46,130 bases of DNA from Phycisphaerae bacterium (lineage in GTDB: Bacteria; Planctomycetota; Phycisphaerae; Phycisphaerales; Phycisphaeraceae). Both the position numbers and the translations under genes were made by a program. Below the pieces are notes generated by a model. It saw nothing but the letters and a program-made list of their open reading frames with translations, did no database searches and was not told the DNA's origin. The stretch is taken from NCBI GenBank assembly GCA_002688155.1, contig NZCH01000046.1:1-46130 (forward strand), given 5' to 3'. The number at the start of each line of letters is the position of its first letter. Position 1 is the first letter of the stretch. Below, in pieces: positions 34,851 to 43,380 of the stretch.

Positions 34851-36340
34851 GAGCGCATTTTCCACCAATACCTGAAACTGTTGCTCGGCGGTGTGGGCAG
34901 GTCGCGTGCCCGGGTCCAACCGGCGAGTGGGCCCGGGGCTTTGGACAGCCATCCGCGATCGGTATAACGGTCGCCCCTGCCGGCCGTCCCCGCCGCGCGC
35001 GCTTTGGCGCGGAACATCTGTTTTTGCACCCAACCGCCGAACCGGTACGTTGCCGGATGTCGCAGGCTCATCCCCCACAAGCCGTAGAACAGGCGGTCCG
35101 GCCATTTGGTGATCCGCCGGCGCACCATCTGCGCTCGAAGCTGGATCAGGTACTTGGGGATATTGATTTTGACCGGGCACGCTTCGTAACACGCGCCACA
35201 CAGCGACGACGCATGGGGCAAGTCGGGGTACTTGTCCAGCCCTTTAAACATCGGCGTGATGAGCGCGCCGATGGGCCCGGAATAGACGGCGCCGTACGCA
35301 TGGCCGCCGAGTTTGCGATAAACGGGGCACGCGTTCAGGCACGCGCCGCAGCGGATACAGCGGAGCATTTCGCGCGTCTCTTCGCGCAGGATTTCCGTGC
35401 GCCCGTTGTCGACGAGGATGATGTGCATCTGCTCGGGCCCATCAAGTTCGTGTTTACGTTTCGGACCGGTCATGATGTGGTTGTAGACCGTAATCGGCTG
35501 ACCGAGCGAACTTCGCGCAAGCAGTTTGAGCAGGACCGCCAGGTGGTTCATGTCAGGAACGAGCTTTTCGATCCCGACGATAGCGACCTGCACGCGCGGC
35601 ACGGACGTGCACAGGCGGCCGTTGCCCTCGTTCGTGCAGATCACCGCAGATCCGGTGCGCGCAACGAGGAAATTGGCGCCGCAAATGCCAAGGTCGGCGG
35701 TTCGATATTTTTCACGCAAGTGATTTCGCGCGATTTGCGTAAGTTCCTGCGGGTTTTCGGTGTACGGCGAGCCCAACTCGCGCTCAAACGCGCGGGCCAC
35801 GGCGGTGCGGTCCTTGTGAATCATCGGCGCCACGATGTGTGACGGGGCGTCATCGTCGATCTGGATGATGAACTCGCCCAGGTCTGTTTCCACGACTTCG
35901 ACGCCGACTTTTACCAGCGCCGGCACCAGCCGCATTTCCTCTGTGACCATTGACTTGCTCTTGACGCATTGTGTGAGCTTTTCGCGCTTGGCAATGCCCA
36001 CGCAAATTTCATTGGCCTGTTGCGCGGTCGCGGCGAAATGTACGTGCGCGCCGGTGCCTGTTGCAGCATCGACAAACTGCTCGAGGTAATGGTCCAGGTG
36101 ATCGAGCGTATGCTGTTTAATTTCCGCTGCGAGCGATCGCATCGCGTCGTAGTTGTCGCCAAATGTCTGTGCGCACACTTCCCGACGTTGCAGATCCTTC
36201 GACAGCGTGGCGTTGTTGATAAATCGCTGAAGCTGGTCGTCGCCCGTGGCGAGATCCGCCCGCGCGTGCATGTCATACGGCAGCGGCGGGAAGAGAATGT
36301 CGTGACCTTTGAGGGTCAGGGATGTCGTACTTGCGCTCAT
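34847..36340 (-). CDS. lutB: iron-sulfur cluster-binding lactate utilisation protein B
   Basis: CIRCGACLNACPVY and CGACYEACPVKI are 4Fe-4S motifs, alongside a LUD domain. The 497-aa length fits. Confidence 0.88.
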   Translation of the reverse strand: MSASTTSLTLKGHDILFPPLPYDMHARADLATGDDQLQRFINNATLSKDLQRREVCAQTFGDNYDAMRSLAAEIKQHTLDHLDHYLEQFVDAATGTGAHVHFAATAQQANEICVGIAKREKLTQCVKSKSMVTEEMRLVPALVKVGVEVVETDLGEFIIQIDDDAPSHIVAPMIHKDRTAVARAFERELGSPYTENPQELTQIARNHLREKYRTADLGICGANFLVARTGSAVICTNEGNGRLCTSVPRVQVAIVGIEKLVPDMNHLAVLLKLLARSSLGQPITVYNHIMTGPKRKHELDGPEQMHIILVDNGRTEILREETREMLRCIRCGACLNACPVYRKLGGHAYGAVYSGPIGALITPMFKGLDKYPDLPHASSLCGACYEACPVKINIPKYLIQLRAQMVRRRITKWPDRLFYGLWGMSLRHPATYRFGGWVQKQMFRAKARAAGTAGRGDRYTDRGWLSKAPGPLAGWTRARDLPTPPSNSFRYWWKMRS

Positions 36341-36385
36341 GCGATGCTCTAGGTAAGTTGGGTCCCGGATCCACCGAGTCAGGGG

Positions 36386-37135
36386 TCATTCCACATCAAC
36401 GTCGATCAGTCCCATCCCTTCGGCAATCACCTCGGCGAGTGACTTGAACCCGACGTCACAGCCGGCGCGCCGGCACGCGCCGGACAGGTTCATGGTGCAG
36501 CCCGCGTCGTTGCTGATGACGGTCGCGGTGCCCGTTTGACTTATGCAATCGACCTTGTCATTCACGATGGAGCCGGAGATCTGGGGGTACTTCATGGCGA
36601 ACGTGCCGCCGAAACCACAGCACTGCTCCTTCTTTTCCAGTGGCATGTAGTTGAGCCCGTCGATCTGCGCCATGAGCCGTTCGGCTTCGTCGGTCACCCC
36701 GATGCCGCGCAGGTGGCAGGAGTAGTGATAAGTCACGTCCCCGTTCCACTGCACGTCGTGCTCGCGCAGGTCAACATTCAGCACTTTGATCAGGAACTCG
36801 ACGAACTCGTAGGTTTTGTCCACAAGCCCCTGCGCCGGCTCGCGCCATTGCGGGTCGTCTTCGAACATTTCACCGTAGTAATCGCGGATCATGGCCGCAC
36901 ACGAGCCGGACGGGGTTACGACGTACGGTGCGTCTTCAAAGACGCGGATCATGCGTTTGGCCAGTGTTTTAGCGTCGGCGGCGAAGCCGTTGTTCCACAG
37001 CGGCTGCCCGCAACACGTCTGTGCCTCGGGAAAATCTACCTTGCAGCCCAGGTGCTCGAGCACCTTGACCACCGCGATGCCCGTACGCGGATAAAACGTA
37101 TCCGTCAGGCAGGTGATGAATAACGAGACGTTCAC
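36386..37135 (-). CDS. lutA: (Fe-S)-binding CCG-domain protein, lactate utilisation protein A
   Basis: VSLFITCLTDTFYP and two CCG motifs (TCCGQP, QCCGFGG) are present. The start is proposed at GTG 37135 (alternative ATG 37180). Confidence 0.82.
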   Translation of the reverse strand: MNVSLFITCLTDTFYPRTGIAVVKVLEHLGCKVDFPEAQTCCGQPLWNNGFAADAKTLAKRMIRVFEDAPYVVTPSGSCAAMIRDYYGEMFEDDPQWREPAQGLVDKTYEFVEFLIKVLNVDLREHDVQWNGDVTYHYSCHLRGIGVTDEAERLMAQIDGLNYMPLEKKEQCCGFGGTFAMKYPQISGSIVNDKVDCISQTGTATVISNDAGCTMNLSGACRRAGCDVGFKSLAEVIAEGMGLIDVDVE

Positions 37136-37142
37136 ACAGCAG

Positions 37143-37148
37143 AGTGTA
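37143..37148 (-). promoter_or_regulatory. -10-like hexamer TACACT 7 nt before GTG 37135 (leaderless candidate)
   Basis: The minus strand reads TACACT-ctgctgt-GTG. Confidence 0.3.
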
Positions 37149-37491
37149 TGGCAACCCGGCGCGCAGGCAAAACCAATCATCGAGCGGTCACATTGGATCG
37201 AGCTGGCGCTGAACATGCTCGCACTGAAGCCACAGGGTGAATTGGCAGATGCGCTCTAAGGTTTGCCGTTGTACGCCGTCATTATCGAAGATGAATTGCA
37301 TGCCGGCGCAGACTTTGCCCTTGCGCTGCGGCTGCAGATGCACGATGTGGCCCCGCAAAATAAACGGCAGGTCGAACATCGGCAGGCCGAGTGTGCTGTG
37401 ATCCAGCATCAGCAGTTGTTGATTGTTATCAGCGCAATGTGTGGCGGGCTTGGCGCCGGGCCCGCTCCGGGCCCAAGGGCGGGTGCGAGGG

Positions 37492-37500
37492 TGCTAAACT
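37492..37500 (+). promoter_or_regulatory. extended -10 (TGcTAAACT) 6 nt before ATG 37507 (leaderless candidate)
   Basis: TGcTAAACT-gcccgc-ATG. Confidence 0.45.
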
Positions 37501-37506
37501 GCCCGC

Positions 37507-38352
37507 ATGGCGATTCTGATACCCGGCAGTGATGTGACGCTTGCACCTGCGATACGTGCGCTGGTGCGCCCCTCAGGGGGGTCTGTGCGTCAGGCAGTCA
37601 ATCAGCTCGTGGCAAGCGGCTTCGTGGCCGCCCAACTGGACGCCACGCTCACCGGACTGCGCCCACGCGATCTGGACGATCGGGCACGCAAAGACCTGCA
37701 CGCCCTGCTTTCGCGACGTGGCGTACAACTGGCGGGCTTCGACATGTTCGTGCCGCGAAAGCATTACATCGACGCGCATCATGTCGACCGGGCCATGTCC
37801 GCGACGCTGGCGGGAATCACGCTTGCGGCGGACCTGGGCCGTGTGCCGGTCAGCGTTGCGCTACCTGTCGAGCGCATGCCCGCGGACGCGCTGGCGGCGC
37901 TGGTTGAATCCGCCGATGGGCACGGCGTCACGCTCGCCGTTCACGCGGAGGACCAGATAGAGCCGCTTTGCCGGTGGTTGAAAGAGGTTGACCTGCCGGC
38001 GCTTGGCGGTGCGATCGACCCGGCGGCGCTGATGTGCCTGGGTAAGGACCCGTCGCGCGTCGTCGAACAACTTGGATCACACCTCGCTGTTGCGCGACTC
38101 AACGACGTGAATGTGCCCTCTACGTCCGATGAAGCGCCCAACCTGATCGCGCCGCGCGCGGTCGTTGGCGGCGGTGACCTGGACCTGACAGCCTACCGCG
38201 TCGCGCTGGAACTGGGCAGCACTGCCGAACACAGCGGCGCGCGCTTCGGCCGCGCAGGGCCGGTCGTACTCGACCTGTTGCATTTGCCCGAACCGACGAA
38301 CGCCGCGCAGTGCGCGCGAACCGCATGGGACGATGCGGTGAAGCCATCGTAA
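37507..38352 (+). CDS. sugar phosphate isomerase/epimerase-like (xylose isomerase-like TIM barrel) protein
   Basis: At 281 aa, its alternating strand/helix pattern (QLAGFDMFVP, TLAVHAED, LAVARLND) resembles AP endonuclease 2/xylose-isomerase-like TIM barrels. The family call is moderate. Confidence 0.6.
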   Translation: MAILIPGSDVTLAPAIRALVRPSGGSVRQAVNQLVASGFVAAQLDATLTGLRPRDLDDRARKDLHALLSRRGVQLAGFDMFVPRKHYIDAHHVDRAMSATLAGITLAADLGRVPVSVALPVERMPADALAALVESADGHGVTLAVHAEDQIEPLCRWLKEVDLPALGGAIDPAALMCLGKDPSRVVEQLGSHLAVARLNDVNVPSTSDEAPNLIAPRAVVGGGDLDLTAYRVALELGSTAEHSGARFGRAGPVVLDLLHLPEPTNAAQCARTAWDDAVKPS

Positions 38353-38400
38353 TCGGTCAGGTTAAACGGCCGAGAAGCCCACGGATTGCGTCCGTGGCCG

Positions 38401-38571
38401 TCATGGTGAACAGGATGTAGTGGTATGTGAACGTTCGCCGAGCACAGGAACATGCCATCGCCAGTCATGCAGGTGGTGTGAGATCACCGCCGCGCTCATG
38501 CCCGCGCCGATGCCGCCGACTGCGATAATGCAGCCTGCCATTGATGAACGTCGCGCACGGTTCTTGAACAT
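38401..38571 (-). CDS. candidate 56-aa glycine-zipper-like small membrane protein (below the ORF-track cutoff)
   Basis: My own translation gives MFKNRARRSSMAGCIIAVGGIGAGMSAAVISHHLHDWRWHVPVLGERSHTTTSCSP. It has one hydrophobic GxxxG-rich segment and a weak SD. Confidence 0.25.
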   Translation of the reverse strand: MFKNRARRSSMAGCIIAVGGIGAGMSAAVISHHLHDWRWHVPVLGERSHTTTSCSP

Positions 38572-38714
38572 GCGAGCGGCCTGTTTGTGGTGAAAACAAA
38601 GCGGCTTGATTCCAGACGAACCCGCCCGTGGCCAAGCGCGTCGCGGGTGTACCTGCTCTGTGTGGACTCCACGGTGATTCGCTGTTGCATTGGCGATTCA
38701 CCACGACACCGCAT

Positions 38715-38730
38715 GTTGATTCAGATCAAC
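38715..38730. promoter_or_regulatory. palindrome GTTGAT-tcag-ATCAAC, candidate enhancer-binding-protein site
   Basis: Read directly from the sequence. It lies about 110-125 bp upstream of the sigma54-type promoter. Confidence 0.3.
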
Positions 38731-38840
38731 ACACGTCATAACCGGCCGTTTGTCAACCACGGGCGCGCGGGTTGTATAACCTTACTGTCACAAGTCGATT
38801 ACGGCGACTCGCCATTCCCTTGTGATCGTTTGCCCGCCTC

Positions 38841-38856
38841 TGGCACAACTCTTGCA
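38841..38856 (+). promoter_or_regulatory. sigma54-type -24/-12 promoter (TGGCAC-N5-TTGCA)
   Basis: This is an exact match to the RpoN consensus with correct GG-to-GC spacing (12 nt). It sits in a 670-bp non-coding region, ~170 nt upstream of ATG 39024. Confidence 0.5.
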
Positions 38857-39023
38857 CACATTTGACGTATTCGCGGGGAGGATCCGGACATCGGACTGCG
38901 GATGAGTCGCTCGGAGGGATGGGGCAACGAGGGGAAAGTGCCGGCCGGCCAGGCATGGCGGCCGGGAAAGAGTCAGGTGGGTGGTGATGATTCGTCGTCG
39001 CCCGGAGGGAACGGAGAGACGTA

Positions 39024-39572
39024 ATGATCAGGTCATCGATCGCAGGGTTTGTGTTGACAGCCGTCGCGGCTGTCGCTTCCGCGGCGCCGCAGGTGACGAT
39101 CGCCACACGCGACCACAATCCCAATCTTGACAAGCGAGAGCCCGTTCGCGAGACGCCTCTGCACGTCGACCACGTCAAGCGACGTATTTACCTGGTAGAG
39201 CGCGACGAGCCGCGCATGCCCGGCAAGGTTGAGGTCCGCGTCGTCAATTCCACCATTTATCTTGACCCCGATAAGGATTACCAGAGTCAGGGCGACTGCC
39301 GCATGAACAACAACCACCACATCGTGCAAGCGCTGCGCATCTACCGCGCGCGGCACGCGGCAAAGGCACACGTGGTGCACGGTGGATCGGGTAGTCATAT
39401 TTGGATGGCGCGACACCCCGGGCCGCGCAAAAGTGTCGTCAAGTTGCGCATGTTTACACCTGACGGTAAGCAGCACGATCTGCGAGTCATCCCGAACGTG
39501 CCGCGGCCGGCGAAGAAGACACGAAAGATTGCCGTAACCGACTCACGCGCGACGGATCACCACATCATGTGA
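39024..39572 (+). CDS. secreted basic hypothetical protein (182 aa)
   Basis: The signal peptide is MIRSSIAGFVLTAVAAVASAAP. GGAGAGA lies upstream, codon GC is visibly lower than in neighbouring genes, and a strong terminator follows. Confidence 0.65.
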   Translation: MIRSSIAGFVLTAVAAVASAAPQVTIATRDHNPNLDKREPVRETPLHVDHVKRRIYLVERDEPRMPGKVEVRVVNSTIYLDPDKDYQSQGDCRMNNNHHIVQALRIYRARHAAKAHVVHGGSGSHIWMARHPGPRKSVVKLRMFTPDGKQHDLRVIPNVPRPAKKTRKIAVTDSRATDHHIM

Positions 39573-39606
39573 TTGACGTAACGAATTTATTTAGCCCCCT
39601 GATCGA

Positions 39607-39645
39607 GTGCGACCCGGTGTATATTTACCCGGGTCGTGCTTTTTT
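39607..39645 (+). terminator. rho-independent terminator
   Basis: The stem CGACCCGG/CCGGGTCG (8 bp, extendable by wobble pairs) has an 11-nt loop and is followed by TTTTTT. Confidence 0.8.
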
Positions 39646-39725
39646 ATGCGCATTACGCGGCAACCTGTCGTGGTATCGTGTTGTTCTGCCCGCCACTGGA
39701 CCCGGACACAGGATGACATCGTACG

Positions 39726-41168
39726 ATGAGTATTACCGTCGAGCAAATCGATCTGCACGTAATTAACACACGAACGCGCATGCCGTTCAAGTACGGCATC
39801 GCAACGCTTGAAGCGGTGCCGCATGTGTTTGTGCGCATTGTGGCGAACGTGAACGGTGCGCAGGCTGTGGGTATTGCGTCGGAGGGGCTGGCGCCCAAGT
39901 GGTTCACGAAGAACCCCGACACGTCGGCTGAACATGACATCGCCGAAATGATGGAAGTGATTCGCATGGCTGTACGGCAGGCGCTTCAGGTACGCGAAGC
40001 GTCGACGGTCTTCGCGTTTTGGCGCGAGTTGTACGACCGGCAGCGCCAGCTGGCAAAGGACACGCCTTACCCGCCGCTGTTGTGGGCATTTGGCGTGACG
40101 ATGGTCGAGCGAGCACTCATTTGCGCTTGGTGCCGCGGGACGTTGACTTGTTTCGCCGACGCTTTGCGCACCGGCACGCTGGGCGTGGATTTGGGCGTGT
40201 TTCACGAAGAGTTGACCGGCACGGCGCCAACGGACTGGTTGCCCGCGCAGCCTGTGCGGGCGGTTGTCGCACGCCACACCGTCGGGCTCGCGGACCCACT
40301 CGAGGATGGCAACATTCCCGACGATGAGCGGGTGGACGATGACCTGCCGCAGTCACTCGACGCATGTGTCGCGGCTTATGGGCTGACCCACTTCAAGGTG
40401 AAACTGTTCGGTGACGTCGACAAAGACGTCGCCCGCCTGACAAAGATTGTGAACATCATTGGGCGTCACGGTGTGACACCACATGTGACGCTTGATGGCA
40501 ACGAGTTTTTCCGGCAGGTCGAGCCATTCCGCCGGTTGTGGACGCACATTTCGCAAAACGAATCGCTGCGCCCTTTATTCGATGGATTGTTGTTTGTCGA
40601 ACAGCCGTTCCATCGTGACGCGGCGTTCGGGCCTGAATTGAAACAAGACCTGTTGGACTGGACCGATCGACCGGCGATTGTGATTGACGAGTCCGACGGC
40701 ACACTCGACGCGCTGCGCATCGCATTGGACTGTGGTTATGCAGGCACAAGTTTCAAGAACTGCAAGGGCACATTCAAGGGTGTCGCCAACGCGTGCATGA
40801 TCGCGCGCTTACGTGCGCAGCACCCGGACCGCACGTATTTGATCAGTGCCGAGGATCTGTGTTCGATCGGACCGGTCGCGATGATTCAGGACCTCGCCGT
40901 CGCCGCCGCGCTGGGCATCGATCACGTCGAGCGCAACGGCCACCACTACTACCGGGGGCTTGGCATGTTCCCGGACGACGTACAGGAGCAGGTGCTCTTG
41001 GTGCACGGCGACCTGTACCACGCGCTCGATGACGGCACGGCCGTACTCAACCTACAACATGGCCTCATTAACGTCGGCAGCATCGTCGATGCACCGTTCG
41101 GTATCGGGTTTGACCTGGACACAACCCGGTTTCAACTGTTGGACGACTGGCGGTACGAGTCACTTTGA
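39726..41168 (+). CDS. enolase-superfamily (mandelate racemase/muconate lactonising enzyme-like) protein, divergent, 480 aa
   Basis: The barrel motifs appear in the expected order: KxK (HFKVKLFG), metal ligands (LDGNE, VEQP, IDESD) and a later FKNCKG. Confidence 0.65.
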   Translation: MSITVEQIDLHVINTRTRMPFKYGIATLEAVPHVFVRIVANVNGAQAVGIASEGLAPKWFTKNPDTSAEHDIAEMMEVIRMAVRQALQVREASTVFAFWRELYDRQRQLAKDTPYPPLLWAFGVTMVERALICAWCRGTLTCFADALRTGTLGVDLGVFHEELTGTAPTDWLPAQPVRAVVARHTVGLADPLEDGNIPDDERVDDDLPQSLDACVAAYGLTHFKVKLFGDVDKDVARLTKIVNIIGRHGVTPHVTLDGNEFFRQVEPFRRLWTHISQNESLRPLFDGLLFVEQPFHRDAAFGPELKQDLLDWTDRPAIVIDESDGTLDALRIALDCGYAGTSFKNCKGTFKGVANACMIARLRAQHPDRTYLISAEDLCSIGPVAMIQDLAVAAALGIDHVERNGHHYYRGLGMFPDDVQEQVLLVHGDLYHALDDGTAVLNLQHGLINVGSIVDAPFGIGFDLDTTRFQLLDDWRYESL

Positions 41169-41206
41169 TCCGGGTTTCGGGTTTCAGGAATTTCGGCAGA
41201 GTCCTC

Positions 41207-41464
41207 ATGCGCATCGCGTTCATCGGTGGACTTGGCCACAATCACCTGTACGGCCAGATCGACCCGGCCGGGCGGTTTGCCGTCGACGCGATCGCGTGGG
41301 CGGGTGACGGGTATGACGACGAAGCCGCTAAGACGCGTGCCGCGGCTTGTGACCGGGTCAAATGGTTCGACGATGCGAATCAGATGCTCGACACGTTTGG
41401 GCCGGACGTGGTCAACGTCGGTGCAATGTACGGGCACATGGAGCGGTGGATAAAGGGCGTGTGA
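41207..41464 (+). pseudogene. truncated Gfo/Idh/MocA-type oxidoreductase (N-terminal ~85 aa only)
   Basis: MRIAFIGGLGHNHLY...FDDANQMLDTFGPDVVNVGAMYGH is the Rossmann N-terminus of the family. The reading frame stops where the catalytic and C-terminal domains should begin. A convergent gene starts 69 nt downstream. Confidence 0.55.
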
Positions 41465-41532
41465 TTGCAATCGATTGACACGTGCGCCGCGCGCGAAGCC
41501 TCCAAGCGGCCGACCCGACTCCCGAAACCCGT

Positions 41533-42723
41533 TCAATGCAGCGCATGCTGCAGCGCGATCAGCGCGTATCCCGTGACGAGGTTCGCGTCGGACTCCATCC
41601 ACCGGTCGATAGCGTTGGACCATGAGCCGTCGTCGCTCTGACGTTGTGCAAGGGTATCGATCAGGTCGTTCGCCCAGTCGTGCTTGACGCTGTCAGGTGT
41701 GGTGATGTGCGTGCTTCCCCAGGCGTCGAGCGCGCGGGCGAAGGTCATGTAGTAGTAGTACAACCCATGCAGTTTGATTGCTTCCGGCAGGCCGGGGTTG
41801 TGGTCGAGGGTGTAGTTACGTTCGATCCACTGGCGTGCCGCGATGACGCGCGGGTCATCGCGCGACAGGTTTGCGTACACGTAGCTCTTGAAGCCGGCGT
41901 AGGTCATCGACCCGTACGTTCGCAGGCCGCTGACGGGCTTGCCCTGTTTCGCGGCCTCCACCATCTCCGGGTTCGCCATCGATTGCGGCACGCCAACCAG
42001 GTCTTTGTTCACGCTCGTGGCGTAAATAAACCCGCCGTCGTTGATGATCTTGTCGCCAAACGTCTTGTTTTCTTTGACGCCCTGAAGCCGCGTAATGAAG
42101 ACCAGTGCGCGTTGGAATATCGGGTCGTTGCAATCGACGCCGGTGTCGTACAGCGCCTCAAGCATGATTTGCGTGTTGGACAGATCGGGCCGGCCGTGCC
42201 TGCCGTACCCCGCGCCACCGAAGAACGCGTGCCTTTCGTTGACCGTTGCGTCTTGCGCGTCGGTCTGCCCCGCCCATTGCAGACCGCGCAAGAATGCCTG
42301 GCCGTCGCGAATCGTTTTGGCTACTTCCGGGTCGTCGTTGACCAGTGACAGCGCGGACAGGCTGATCGACGTGTTGTAGTTGGCGAGGATGCCGTCGTGT
42401 ATCGCCCCGTCACTGTTGCGCTTCGACATGACGTACTTGAGGGCCTTTTGCACGACCGCGTCAGATGTCGAAATGTCCGGTTGCAAGAGCATGACGCGCA
42501 GTATCATCGCCGTGACCGCAGGCCCGGCCTGCGGCGACCAGCTGCCGTCCTCATTCTGCGTCGTTTGCAGGTACGCGATGCCTCGACCAAGTGTTTGGTT
42601 CGCAATCGCCCAGTGTGCATCGTCGAGCGCAAACGCGGTTGATGCGAACGCTCCCACGACCCCCAACACGACGATCCGTCGCGAGATATTGCTTTGGTGG
42701 TTCATATCAATGACTCGGGGCAC
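41533..42723 (-). CDS. secreted prenyltransferase/squalene-oxidase-repeat (alpha/alpha-toroid) protein
   Basis: There is a signal peptide (RRIVVLGVVGAFASTAFA) and repeated QNEDGSW, NSDGAI and DDGSWS motifs. The start is GTG 42723 or ATG 42705. Confidence 0.75.
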   Translation of the reverse strand: MPRVIDMNHQSNISRRIVVLGVVGAFASTAFALDDAHWAIANQTLGRGIAYLQTTQNEDGSWSPQAGPAVTAMILRVMLLQPDISTSDAVVQKALKYVMSKRNSDGAIHDGILANYNTSISLSALSLVNDDPEVAKTIRDGQAFLRGLQWAGQTDAQDATVNERHAFFGGAGYGRHGRPDLSNTQIMLEALYDTGVDCNDPIFQRALVFITRLQGVKENKTFGDKIINDGGFIYATSVNKDLVGVPQSMANPEMVEAAKQGKPVSGLRTYGSMTYAGFKSYVYANLSRDDPRVIAARQWIERNYTLDHNPGLPEAIKLHGLYYYYMTFARALDAWGSTHITTPDSVKHDWANDLIDTLAQRQSDDGSWSNAIDRWMESDANLVTGYALIALQHALH

Positions 42724-42753
42724 TGCGCTTGGCCCGGTGTTGAACTATACGCT

Positions 42754-43371
42754 TCACCTGCGATGGTGTTCCTTGAATGCGTCCACGTCGAAATCCGGCG
42801 GCAGCACGTCCAATTCGGATGGAGGCGGGTGCATCGACACCTGCTTTAGCGAAGTGAGCACAAACGGCACCAGCAACGCGGTGATGGCCGTCAGCACTGC
42901 GTGCCACACTCTGACAGTGATCGAGGACTCACCACGCCACAGCGCCACGCCCGCCGCAATCAGCACGATCACCAGCACGATCACCGTAACAGTTGCACCA
43001 CATGAGGCGCGCGGCTTGTCACTTTGGAGGCCAAGGCCAAACACCGCCAGTGCCAATCCTCCGACCGTCATCGACACAACCGTTAGCATCAGGCCGACCT
43101 TGCCGGGATCGCTGCGCAGGTCTGCCAGTCGGGTTGGCCCGTCAGTATCGTTGGCGCTGAAATCGATCGTGCCGGGCATGACGGCGGGGTCCCACAGGCC
43201 GGCGGACGTGCAGACGCAACACGTGGACAGAAACAGAATCACGCCCACTGTTTGCAGCACGATGCCCGTGCCCTGCGCGAACGCTCGGGGTGATGGCGTT
43301 GTGGTGCCGGAATCATTCGGCGCTGGTTGAGGTGTGTTCGGCTGCGTCATCGTTGGCCTGTCCGGCATCAA
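42754..43371 (-). CDS. hypothetical integral membrane protein (about 4 TM)
   Basis: Four long hydrophobic segments. The gene is 9 nt downstream of the preceding membrane gene and 30 nt upstream of the next. Confidence 0.6.
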   Translation of the reverse strand: MMPDRPTMTQPNTPQPAPNDSGTTTPSPRAFAQGTGIVLQTVGVILFLSTCCVCTSAGLWDPAVMPGTIDFSANDTDGPTRLADLRSDPGKVGLMLTVVSMTVGGLALAVFGLGLQSDKPRASCGATVTVIVLVIVLIAAGVALWRGESSITVRVWHAVLTAITALLVPFVLTSLKQVSMHPPPSELDVLPPDFDVDAFKEHHRR

Positions 43372-43380
43372 TCGGGCGGG

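Noticed and set aside
37188-37409. A 73-aa minus-strand ORF in the lutA/TIM-barrel spacer (MLDHSTLGLPMFDLPFILRGHIVHLQ...).
   Set aside because: I recognise no homology, it overlaps the lutA upstream region, and it has no start signals. It may be a gene remnant, but that cannot be shown here.
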